DNA from: Acidobacteriota bacterium
GTDB lineage: Bacteria; Acidobacteriota; UBA6911
Reading direction: 5' to 3'
Length of the DNA: 64,000 bases
Assembly: GCA_963664705.1 (NCBI GenBank)
Contig: OY761556.1
Coordinates: forward strand, 4,064,001-4,128,000
This document shows positions 47,724 to 56,778 of the stretch, piece by piece; positions within the stretch are counted from its first letter, which is position 1, and every line of letters begins with the position of its first letter. The translations under genes were made by a program, and so were the position numbers. The notes beneath the pieces were generated by a model. The model saw only the letters and a program-made list of their open reading frames with translations. It did not search any database and had not been told where the DNA came from.

Positions 47724-48881
47724 TCACTGCAATCTCACATGCAGCTTATAGGTATACGTGGAACCACCGTTGCCGGAAGTATCGGTTACTGTTATGTAAT
47801 ACGCGCCATCCGCGGGCAGCTCCAACTGAATGAAAGCATCCATACTTGGATAAAGTTGTGGCGTAAGCCCGTTGTCATCATTTTGAGCGATCAGGTTCTG
47901 GGCACTGTCACGCACGACGAGATAGGAATCCAGATCCGATGTCAGCCCTTGCGTGGTACAGATCACCGAGAGGATATCACCGGCATTGCCTTGAATTTTA
48001 TATACGTCCGCATCCGATGAGGTGCTTATGGTGCCCGATATCAGTGTTGCACTGGCAACGGACTGGGCATTGGCCGTGTTATTGTTCGGCTCATTCTCTT
48101 TGGTGGCTGCAGCGTTTACGGCGAAAGGCCCCAGGATAGGACCTGTGTCTGTTGAGATTGCGCCAAACGCTTGTTTGTCCTGGCGGAGGGCCAGGACGCC
48201 CAGGCCCAATGGGCTGGAGATGCTGATAGTCCCGGTAAAATTATCGAGACCGGGAAACAGTCCGTCCTGATCGATGTATTGAGAAATGTGCAACCCTGCT
48301 TCCATCGGCACGGTCGTCAACGCATGAATGCTGCCATCAGGGTTGATCAAAGTCACCACCACCGTCTCGTCCACGCCGTCGTTAAAATCCATTGGATTGA
48401 TCAGGGCGATGGCCGTATTTATGTTTTTTGACGAGTTGACTTCAACAGGAAAGGAATAGTGATTTCCCTGCTCCTGCTGTGCAACCCCCACCTCTACTTG
48501 CACCGTTCCGCCCGATTCATATCTATAAACGAGGCTTCCACGAACCGGCGCGGAATAGGATGGATATTCTACCAGGACATAGCCGGTAACCAGATCGGCG
48601 GGCGGAGTGATCTCTATTTTCTGGCTTGTCCCCGGATTAAGGTCGAACACAAATTGGCTGCTGCTGCCGAGATTTGAGGCAACCGGCAGAGGATCGCCAT
48701 AATCGCCCAGAAAACTGACCGTGACGGAAGACACTTTTTCTATACCCTGATTGGTGAAAAAGAGCACGCTTGACCAGCCTCCTCCGGAAGCAAATTGAGG
48801 AAAGACGGTGTATCGTTGCGCAAATGCCGGGGCAGCAAATATCAAGATAAGCGTGAACAAGAGACCTGACGCTCTTTTCAT
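47724..48881 (-). CDS. Secreted protein with C-terminal PPC (pre-peptidase C-terminal-like) domain
   Basis: Signal peptide; FPQFASGGGW.S N-domain; ENEPNN, D.DVY, LDSYL, QNDD, LPADG.Y.I.V. Confidence 0.78.
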   Translation of the reverse strand: MKRASGLLFTLILIFAAPAFAQRYTVFPQFASGGGWSSVLFFTNQGIEKVSSVTVSFLGDYGDPLPVASNLGSSSQFVFDLNPGTSQKIEITPPADLVTGYVLVEYPSYSAPVRGSLVYRYESGGTVQVEVGVAQQEQGNHYSFPVEVNSSKNINTAIALINPMDFNDGVDETVVVTLINPDGSIHALTTVPMEAGLHISQYIDQDGLFPGLDNFTGTISISSPLGLGVLALRQDKQAFGAISTDTGPILGPFAVNAAATKENEPNNNTANAQSVASATLISGTISTSSDADVYKIQGNAGDILSVICTTQGLTSDLDSYLVVRDSAQNLIAQNDDNGLTPQLYPSMDAFIQLELPADGAYYITVTDTSGNGGSTYTYKLHVRLQ

Positions 48882-49145
48882 CTGGTTTCCTCCACCATTA
48901 CTATTCGGCTTTTAAGTCTCAAAAATACACCTATTGTAGACCAGGAACCTCCACATTCCCAATCGGCCCCTTGACTAACAATCTCATAAACAATTTATTT
49001 ATATATATTTAACCCACCCATGCAAATATTTGCTCTTCCCGGAGGCGGAAGATGCCGATAAACAATAAGCCGTAATAGGCATATCTCTGTGTTGGGAGCG
49101 AACTTGTCGGCCGGAAAGATCCGTGGCTGACCGCAAGACGAACAA

Positions 49146-50327
49146 ATGAAAAAGCAGATACTTTTTGTTGATGACGAATCTCACATCCTTGAAGGCCTGA
49201 GGCGCATGCTTCGGGGAATGCGCAATGAATGGAATATCCTATGCGCATTGTCCGGTGCCGAGGCGCTGGATGTTATGGCGAAAGAGCCTATACAAATTAT
49301 TGTCACCGATATGCGGATGCCTGAAATGGATGGCGCTGCATTGTTGTGCGAGGTAATGAAAAGGCATCCGAATGTTATTCGGATGGTCCTGTCCGGACAT
49401 GCAGACGCCAAACTGATTATGAAATCCGTGGGCGTCGCGCATCAGTTCATTTCAAAACCATGCGACCCGGAAACGCTGAAAGCAATCATCAACGGTGCCA
49501 TTGGGATAAGAGCTTTACTGAAAGACAGCCGGCTGGAAAGCATCATCGCCGAAATGAATACGCTCCCCAGCGTGCCATCGCTGTATGTTGAGATGGCGGA
49601 TGAGCTGAAATCGCCCGAACCCTCCGTTACCAAGGTGAGTCAGATCATTTCACGCGATCCAAGCATGACAGCCAGGATCCTTCAGCTTGTGAACTCGGCA
49701 TTTTTCGGACTCCGACGCCGGATATCCAATCCGGAAGATGGCGTCAGCTATCTGGGACTGGAACGCATTCAGCACCTCTTCCTCGTCTTGCATGCCTTCT
49801 CCCAGTTCGTTCCGCCCGAAACCAGCTCATTTGCCATCGAGCCTTTATGGGAACACAGCATATCCACCGCGGTGATCGCAAAGGCGATTGCGGAGAGAGA
49901 AGAGGCGGGCAAAAGCACGATTGATGATGCCTTTGCGGTGGGGTTACTGCACGACATCGGACAGTTGATGCTTGCCTGCAAGCTTACCGATAAACATGAG
50001 CAGTCCGTAAAACTTGCCAGAAACGAGGCTATTCCGCTGTGGCAGGCGGAGCAACAGATCCTGTCGGTGACCCACGCGGAGGTCGGAGCGTATCTTCTGG
50101 GATTATGGGGACTGCCGGATCCGATTGTCGAAGCGACGGCCTATCATCACAATCCTGTCATGCATGAACGCAATTCCTTTTGCCCACTGACAGCGCTTCA
50201 TACAGCAAACAGTCAGGTCCTAAACGGCAGCTATCCCGGAATGTTGAAATCCCGGGCTGATACCGACTACCTCTCAAAGCTGCTGCGAAAGACCACCATT
50301 CCAGATCCTCTGGAACGGCCGTTATGA
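49146..50327 (+). CDS. Response regulator with HDOD output domain
   Basis: ILFVDDE, TDMRMP.MDG, SKP; DPSMTARILQLVNSAFFG, LLHDIG, HAEVGAYLLGLWGLP. Confidence 0.93.
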   Translation: MKKQILFVDDESHILEGLRRMLRGMRNEWNILCALSGAEALDVMAKEPIQIIVTDMRMPEMDGAALLCEVMKRHPNVIRMVLSGHADAKLIMKSVGVAHQFISKPCDPETLKAIINGAIGIRALLKDSRLESIIAEMNTLPSVPSLYVEMADELKSPEPSVTKVSQIISRDPSMTARILQLVNSAFFGLRRRISNPEDGVSYLGLERIQHLFLVLHAFSQFVPPETSSFAIEPLWEHSISTAVIAKAIAEREEAGKSTIDDAFAVGLLHDIGQLMLACKLTDKHEQSVKLARNEAIPLWQAEQQILSVTHAEVGAYLLGLWGLPDPIVEATAYHHNPVMHERNSFCPLTALHTANSQVLNGSYPGMLKSRADTDYLSKLLRKTTIPDPLERPL

Positions 50328-50458
50328 CCGACGTTGCCGTGCAAGACAGGAAAGGCCGATCTTAGATATCGGCCTCGCCCACAATCTGGCTTTCTCTGGT
50401 TCTAAAGTCTCCAAGGGCACCTAAAGGGACGCACTCATAGAGCCCCATAATCAAGGAG

Positions 50459-53089
50459 ATGCGCATGGATCGCCTCCATCCGAAGAACATAAGCCTGAAT
50501 GCCAAAGTTGCCTTTTTGGGGATAGGCAGCGTTTTGATTACCTCGCTGGCGCTTGTCGGCCTTGCGATGTGGCAAAGCAGTCAATACAACAGACTGGCAC
50601 AAGGCCAAGTCGCCATTATGGGCATAGCCGGGCTCCTGATAACGGTATTGATGGGGCTTTTGGGTACTTTTGCCGCATGGACAATTACCCGGCCCCTCCG
50701 CCAGATGACCACGGTTGCAGAGAGCATTGCTCGCGGAAACCTCGATCAGCGAATGGATATTCATTCCCATGAAGAGATAGGCAAGCTTGCACAAACCTTT
50801 AACCTGATGACCGACAGGTTGGAGCAGACAATGGAGGGTCTGCGCGGGAGTGAGGAGGAATACCGGTTCATTTTTGAAAAGGCTCTGGAAGGCATTTTCC
50901 AGATGTCTTTTGCGGGACATATCCTGAAAGCGAATCCGGAACTGGTTCGGATGTTCGGGTATGAGTCCGAGGATGAACTGAAGGCAAATATGGATCTTCC
51001 CAGTCAATTGTATGTCAATCCCGAAGACAGAGATGCGAACCTCTATGAAATCCTCGAGCATGGAGAAGTGCTGAGAAAGGAAATCGAGCTCTACAAAAAG
51101 GACAGACAAAGGATCTGGGTATCAATCAGTGCGGCGATGGTTTGCGAATTGGGGAAGCCCCTGTTTATTCAGGGATTCGTCACCGATATCACGGATCAGA
51201 GACGCGCCGAGGATGAGCTCAAGAAATTCAGCAAGCTGCAATCCATTGTTCTGGACAACAGTACCGTGGGGATTGCATTTGTGCGGGATCGCATTATCGA
51301 GTGGATCAATCCCCGGTTTTTGGAGCTTTTTGAATTTGAAAAAGAACAGGTCCTGGGAAAATCCACTAGGCAGCTTTATATAGATGAAGCCTCCTTTGAA
51401 AATACCGTGCGGATCGCCTACCCGGTTCTTGCTCAAGGACAAAAAGCAGCGTTTGAACTCGAGATGCACAAAGGATCGGGAGCTTCGTTCTGGTGCCGGC
51501 TGGAAGGAAATGCACTGGATGCCGCGAGTCCCAAAGATGGATCCATATGGATTTGGGAAGACATCACCGACAGAAAGAACGCGGAAAAGGAGATCCGAAG
51601 ACTGAATGAGGATCTGGAGCAGCGGGTTATCCAGCGGACAACCCAGCTGAAAGCACTCAATGCCACGCTTTCCAAGGAAATTCTCGACCGCAAAGAAGCG
51701 GAAAAAGCCCTGGGATTCCGGCTGAAATGCGAAAACCTCATTGCGAAGGTCTCTGCGGATTTTGTCGGACGGGAAATACATCAACTCGATCAGAGTATCA
51801 CGCACGCCCTGGAAACGCTGGGCTCCTTTATTGAAGCCGATCGCTGCTACATCGGGTTATTCACCGGCGGTGAACTCGAGATGCATATCACTCACGAATG
51901 GACTGCCCCGGGAATTGAAGCCTCCGCTGAAGCACAGGATCAAAACTTCTCAGCCGTTTTGCCCTGGCTGCACGGCGAACTGAATAAGCTCGTGCCCGTC
52001 TGGATTCCGAGAACAATGGAATTGCCGCGTGCCGCCAGCATCGAGAAAGGATATTTTGAAAACAGGGGAGCCAAATCCTCCCTCATCATTCCTATTGACT
52101 ATGAAGCAAACCTGCATGGGTTTGTTGCCTTTGAAGCGGTGCAGTCCGAAAAAGCCTGGCGAGAGGACAATGATGTTTCGGATCTTCTGTGGACCGCATC
52201 TCAGTTTCTGGCCAGCGCGCTGCAGAGCAAGCGATTTGAAGAGCAGCGGCTCGCGTTTGAAGCACAGCTGAACCAGGCTCAGAAGCTTGAATCGGTCGGA
52301 CAGCTTGCCGCGGGGATTGCCCATGAGATCAATACGCCCATCCAGTATGTCGGAGATAACATCCATTTCCTGCAGGAGGCCTTCGCGGATCTGCTCAAGC
52401 TGATCGATAAGATAGGACAACTGGCGGCATCTACGGAAGCACGGGAACATAGGCCAGGCACATGTAAAGAGATCGAGGAGGCGCGAGCTTCCTCGGATGT
52501 GGAGTATTATCGGGACGAGGTTCCCAAAGCCATCGGCCAATCCATCGATGGGATCCAGCGGGTCACCAAAATTGTCCGTGCCATGAAGGATTTCTCTCAC
52601 CCGGATATCGGCGAGAAAGTGCCGACAGATATCAATCGGGCGATCGAAACAACGGTGACGGTGGCTCGCAATGAATGGAAATATGTCGCTGAAGTGCAAT
52701 TGGATCTAGATTCCAATCTCCCTCTGGTCGACTGCATTGCCAGCGAAATCAACCAGGTTGTTTTGAATCTGATCGTCAACGCGGCCCATGCTATTGGCGA
52801 AAAAGCAGGGGAGGGAGCCAGGGAGCGTGGACTCATCCGGATCACAACAAAAAGCGAAGGAGAAATGGCCGAAATTCGAATCCAGGATACCGGCACAGGG
52901 ATTCCCGAAAGTCATCGAGCACGCGTTTTTGATCCATTCTTTACAACGAAGTCGGTTGGCAGGGGCACGGGACAGGGGCTGTCGATTGCCTATAATGTGG
53001 TTGCCAAAAAACACTCCGGAACCATCCGATTCGAAACCGAAACCGGAAAGGGAACAACATTTATTGTATGCATTCCCCTGCATGGATAA
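50459..53089 (+). CDS. Sensor histidine kinase (2TM-HAMP-PAS-PAS-GAF-HisKA-HATPase)
   Basis: EEIGKLA..FN.M (HAMP), DITDQ/DITDR (PAS ends), GIAHEINTP, NLIVNA, DTGTGI, FFTTK, GTGQGL. Confidence 0.93.
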   Translation: MRMDRLHPKNISLNAKVAFLGIGSVLITSLALVGLAMWQSSQYNRLAQGQVAIMGIAGLLITVLMGLLGTFAAWTITRPLRQMTTVAESIARGNLDQRMDIHSHEEIGKLAQTFNLMTDRLEQTMEGLRGSEEEYRFIFEKALEGIFQMSFAGHILKANPELVRMFGYESEDELKANMDLPSQLYVNPEDRDANLYEILEHGEVLRKEIELYKKDRQRIWVSISAAMVCELGKPLFIQGFVTDITDQRRAEDELKKFSKLQSIVLDNSTVGIAFVRDRIIEWINPRFLELFEFEKEQVLGKSTRQLYIDEASFENTVRIAYPVLAQGQKAAFELEMHKGSGASFWCRLEGNALDAASPKDGSIWIWEDITDRKNAEKEIRRLNEDLEQRVIQRTTQLKALNATLSKEILDRKEAEKALGFRLKCENLIAKVSADFVGREIHQLDQSITHALETLGSFIEADRCYIGLFTGGELEMHITHEWTAPGIEASAEAQDQNFSAVLPWLHGELNKLVPVWIPRTMELPRAASIEKGYFENRGAKSSLIIPIDYEANLHGFVAFEAVQSEKAWREDNDVSDLLWTASQFLASALQSKRFEEQRLAFEAQLNQAQKLESVGQLAAGIAHEINTPIQYVGDNIHFLQEAFADLLKLIDKIGQLAASTEAREHRPGTCKEIEEARASSDVEYYRDEVPKAIGQSIDGIQRVTKIVRAMKDFSHPDIGEKVPTDINRAIETTVTVARNEWKYVAEVQLDLDSNLPLVDCIASEINQVVLNLIVNAAHAIGEKAGEGARERGLIRITTKSEGEMAEIRIQDTGTGIPESHRARVFDPFFTTKSVGRGTGQGLSIAYNVVAKKHSGTIRFETETGKGTTFIVCIPLHG

Positions 53090-53103
53090 AGCCGGACACG
53101 CTC

Positions 53104-54060
53104 TCAGGCTTTGATTTCCGTGAGGTCTTCGAATGGGTAGCGGTCGCTGAGGATTCCTAAAGACAGGAGCTGTTGCGTTCCGGCATAGCGCAGCGATACA
53201 TCCTTATCAAAGAAGCAGACCGTGCCTTCCTCCATAACCTCCAGATACGCCTTGTAATCGCGCGCTTCCCCGAAATGCTCGCCGCGCTGCACCTCCACGC
53301 GACACCGGTCGAGAAAATCGCCCAGCATTTTGAAATGAAGCAATCCAGCGCGCATGGGCGCCAGCGGAAGCTCTGGTGTCATATTGTGGGTTGACAGCAC
53401 GTATCGATAGCCCTTCTGCCACTTAATCAGGGGAACCTTGCTGATCGTGGACGGAACAAAGCTTCGGTTGCGATTGTTCCAGAAACAGCGCACGCGCGCG
53501 CCCCCGTAGAGTTGAACCCCAGGCGGGATTGGGCATTTTACATAACCATAGGGACTGCGGTCGAAGAAGGGGGTTGCGTCCAGAAACGATGCTCCCGGTT
53601 GATAAACGACGCGATCCATCGGCTGGTCGGAATAGAAATCGATCATGACCGCGACCGCAGCCTTGGCACCGCAGGCGTCCAGACGATCGGTAAACTGCGG
53701 CAGGCTCTCGTTTTCGCTCCCGGGCCAAACCAGCAGTTCGTCGGCATCGACCACCACGCACCACCGGCCATCGCACAGCAGGTTTAGGAGGTCATTCGTC
53801 CAACTCAATCCGCAGGCACTCTCGGCGTAGCTGTTTTTGGTCTCAAATAGAAAAACATCGTTCTGCGCCAGGAGATACTCTCGGGTGTTGTCTCCGGAAT
53901 CGTTGTCCAGAATGACGAAGGAACGAACACCGATGTCCCGGTAATATTTCAGCAGGAACGGAAGGCGCAGCATTTCATTGCGAACCAGCACAAAAGCAAC
54001 GGGCTCCGGCAAAGGGAGGTTGACCGGGCGCGCTCCGCAATAATTGATCGCATGTCCCAT
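53104..54060 (-). CDS. Glycosyltransferase family 2 (Glyco_tranf_2_4-like)
   Basis: VRNE..RLP.LL.YYR.IGV..F..LDN.S.D.T, WCVVVDADELL, K.PL.KW, LLHFK. Confidence 0.88.
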   Translation of the reverse strand: MGHAINYCGARPVNLPLPEPVAFVLVRNEMLRLPFLLKYYRDIGVRSFVILDNDSGDNTREYLLAQNDVFLFETKNSYAESACGLSWTNDLLNLLCDGRWCVVVDADELLVWPGSENESLPQFTDRLDACGAKAAVAVMIDFYSDQPMDRVVYQPGASFLDATPFFDRSPYGYVKCPIPPGVQLYGGARVRCFWNNRNRSFVPSTISKVPLIKWQKGYRYVLSTHNMTPELPLAPMRAGLLHFKMLGDFLDRCRVEVQRGEHFGEARDYKAYLEVMEEGTVCFFDKDVSLRYAGTQQLLSLGILSDRYPFEDLTEIKA

Positions 54061-54150
54061 GATCGATCCATCTCTCCCGGATCAATGAGCAGTGGTCACC
54101 TGAGTATGGTGCGCGGCAATCAGCGCGCTCAACTCCGAAGGCAGGGAGGC

Positions 54151-55044
54151 CTATGCGCATGTCCTGTTTTTTGAAGCGACAAGCTCATTATATAGTCTTT
54201 GGGTTACTTCAGGAACAAGGTTGGCTAGCCCGGACTCCTTAATCCGGCAGCGGGCACAGATTGCCGGAATTCCCAGCGGGCGTTCCGGAGAATCCAGCGT
54301 CGTCAGCGTCAACAGTGACCGTATGTGCAAAAAACGCGCAGCAATTTCAGCAAACGAATCTCGGTAGAGGCTTCCCAGATTGGTTGTTCCCTGCCAGTCG
54401 GCGCAGCACAGATGCGCATTGGCAAAATTGTCAAAAATCATTTCATTGAAGGGGCGAAGGCAGACGGAATCTGTTTCCCGGCGGATAGGTCTTTTACGCC
54501 CATCCAGCAGCCCATCGCCTATCTGGAGACGATCGCAATAGGGAGCAACCCAGGACCAGTCCTTTTTGAAATAATTGCTGATAACGATGTCCTTAAAATG
54601 AGGCTTTTGGGCAGCGGGAGCTTCCTTGAGTTTGTGCAGGTTGAGGCCGTTAGTCCAGAGCACAAAGGTCTGGCCCGGAATCCTGCGCTCAATCTCGCTT
54701 TTCAGAGCCAGAAGCCGATCCCATTGGGTGGTTGGTTCGTTGTAGTAGTGAAAGCCGATCCGTCCAGAAAAACCCATGGCATGGGCTTCCCGGGCAGCCT
54801 GCAGAATCATCGCATCGGTTAATTCGCGGGATGTGTCGAGCGATCCGTACCTGTCGCTGTCGGAGCTTGGGCAGCGCCCCTTGTGTTCCTCATCGAGATT
54901 GCAGGCCGATCCCAGCTCAAACACCAGGTATTGAGTATAACGCAATGCCTTTTTCCTCCGGTCATTTCCTTTATCGGCAGTTAATGCGCAATGAGTATCG
55001 CAAAAGCCCGAAAATTCAGCAGCAATTCCCACCGGGAGCGCCAA
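54151..55044 (-). CDS. Radical SAM-like protein with SPASM/twitch domain and atypical cluster motif
   Basis: FELGSACNLDEEHKGRCP, FHYYNEP, WTNG, CLRPF..MIFD..ANAHLCCADW..LG, CARC. Start codon uncertain. Confidence 0.75.
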   Translation of the reverse strand: MALPVGIAAEFSGFCDTHCALTADKGNDRRKKALRYTQYLVFELGSACNLDEEHKGRCPSSDSDRYGSLDTSRELTDAMILQAAREAHAMGFSGRIGFHYYNEPTTQWDRLLALKSEIERRIPGQTFVLWTNGLNLHKLKEAPAAQKPHFKDIVISNYFKKDWSWVAPYCDRLQIGDGLLDGRKRPIRRETDSVCLRPFNEMIFDNFANAHLCCADWQGTTNLGSLYRDSFAEIAARFLHIRSLLTLTTLDSPERPLGIPAICARCRIKESGLANLVPEVTQRLYNELVASKNRTCA

Positions 55045-55157
55045 CGGCCGTTATCCACATCCACTATTTCTATAAACCCAAACGTGATACAACATTAGGG
55101 GACCGGTCAGGTCCTTTCCCGATGACACAGACACACATCCGATTGAGGGGTAGAAAG

Positions 55158-55751
55158 ATGAACACTTCCGCGATCAACAGACTATTTGGTTTCCTGGTGC
55201 TATCCTTTCTCGCTTTGGTTTGCATCACAACCAGCGCAAAGGCACAAACCGCTCCGGCCGCACAATCACCCGAAGTCGCCGCGCTGATAGACCGCGCAGC
55301 CATAGAGAACCTCATGGCGGACTACTACTCGCACATAGGCAACAGCTCTTTCAATTTCGGCCAATATTTTGCCAAGGACGGCGTCCTGGATGTCAACGGC
55401 ATCGTCGCCAAAGGATCGGAGGAAATTAAGGCACTCTACGTGATGGCATCGGGAGGCTCCGCCGCCGCGCCGCCAAAGCAGGATCCCAAGGCCCCACCGC
55501 GAGGTTTGTTCATTATGCAGTTAACCAACCTCAAAGTCGTGGTAACGGGCAATACGGCAAAGGCCGACATGTTCTGGAGCAGCGTGGAATCCAAAACTCT
55601 GATCAGCCCGCCAAGTGTTACGGAATACGGCCTGGACCATACGGAACTCGTCAAACAGAACGGTCATTGGCTGATCAGCCATCGTCTTGTTACCAGCGGC
55701 GGCGGCATGCCGGAAGGAGAGTTAAAATCGTATAGGAGCATGAAGCGCTAA
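55158..55751 (+). CDS. Secreted SnoaL-like/NTF2 domain protein
   Basis: Signal peptide; DRAAIENLMADY, FAKDG, ELVKQNGHWLI. Start at ATG 55158 after GAGGGG. Confidence 0.8.
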   Translation: MNTSAINRLFGFLVLSFLALVCITTSAKAQTAPAAQSPEVAALIDRAAIENLMADYYSHIGNSSFNFGQYFAKDGVLDVNGIVAKGSEEIKALYVMASGGSAAAPPKQDPKAPPRGLFIMQLTNLKVVVTGNTAKADMFWSSVESKTLISPPSVTEYGLDHTELVKQNGHWLISHRLVTSGGGMPEGELKSYRSMKR

Positions 55752-55844
55752 AGCCGCTGGCTTCGAACTGACAACAAACAACACAACCCTTGGACCGTGA
55801 TTGGCGATGCTGGAATCGCTCCATCATCCAAAGGGAAAGCTCTT

Positions 55845-56753
55845 ATGTCCAATGCCCGCATGTACGCCCGGATTCTTTCCTTATTGATAGCGATATCCGT
55901 GGCGGGCCCTCTTCGCGCAGAGAATACAAACACCGGATTCGGAGTCGATCTCGATTTTTACACCGGTCCGGTCTCGCGCGTGGTCTGGTTGCAAATGAAA
56001 GAGGCAGGACAAAGATTTGCCGTGGTGCAAGCATGGGGCGGGCGGAGTCGAAATGAATTTGCCACGGCGCAACTTTCAGGCGCGCGCAAGACGGGCGGAA
56101 TGGCTACCGCCGCCTACATTCTTTTAAACTATGATGACAAGGTCTGCCCGACATTTTCCAAACCTGTCCGCAATAGCGACGGCAAGTGTGTGGGTGCGCT
56201 ACGGGCCCAGCCGAAGCGCGGCGGCCGATGGCAGGTACGCCAGGGAATCGCCGCATTGGGTTCAGAGCGGGCACATACCGCCTTCATTGCCATCGATGTC
56301 GAGTGGTTTTTATCGGATTCACCGCCACTAAATGCAGCGGCGCAGTCGAGCCGCAGGCAGCGGTTACTCGACGCCCTCGATGAAGTCCGCATCCTGAAGA
56401 AGAAACCGGTGATTTATACGAGAAACGCAAACCTGCACTGGCGCGATATCACCGGCTGCGATCAGGATTCATCGGAACGCCAATGCGATCAGTTATCAAG
56501 ACTCATCAGAGACCGCGTACGACCGATTCCGCTATGGGATGTCCAGACGGGAGAACCCGAACTGGAGAATTTCAGCCCATATGCCGAATGGACCCAACGA
56601 GCCGGAAGACAATATAAACTCGATACGAATATGTTTGGACTTCCTCCCGGACGCACCGTCGACCTCAACGTATTCCATGTTTCCCTTTTCTCGCCGACCA
56701 GGGCGGCGCTCGACGGGCAGCGACTTCGCACGCGGAGCAATCCTCGAAAATAA
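55845..56753 (+). CDS. Secreted GH25-like (lysozyme/muramidase fold) protein
   Basis: Signal peptide; FGVD, G.RFAVV.A, AIDVE (DxE), PVIYT, PLW, QY, VDLNVF. Confidence 0.65.
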   Translation: MSNARMYARILSLLIAISVAGPLRAENTNTGFGVDLDFYTGPVSRVVWLQMKEAGQRFAVVQAWGGRSRNEFATAQLSGARKTGGMATAAYILLNYDDKVCPTFSKPVRNSDGKCVGALRAQPKRGGRWQVRQGIAALGSERAHTAFIAIDVEWFLSDSPPLNAAAQSSRRQRLLDALDEVRILKKKPVIYTRNANLHWRDITGCDQDSSERQCDQLSRLIRDRVRPIPLWDVQTGEPELENFSPYAEWTQRAGRQYKLDTNMFGLPPGRTVDLNVFHVSLFSPTRAALDGQRLRTRSNPRK

Positions 56754-56778
56754 AACGTATGCATAGGTTTTGATTCCG

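Noticed and set aside
54732-55157. N-terminal ORF extensions (also 28011, 34345, 37753, 14972)
   Set aside because: They overlap neighbours or precede a better start with an RBS or signal peptide.
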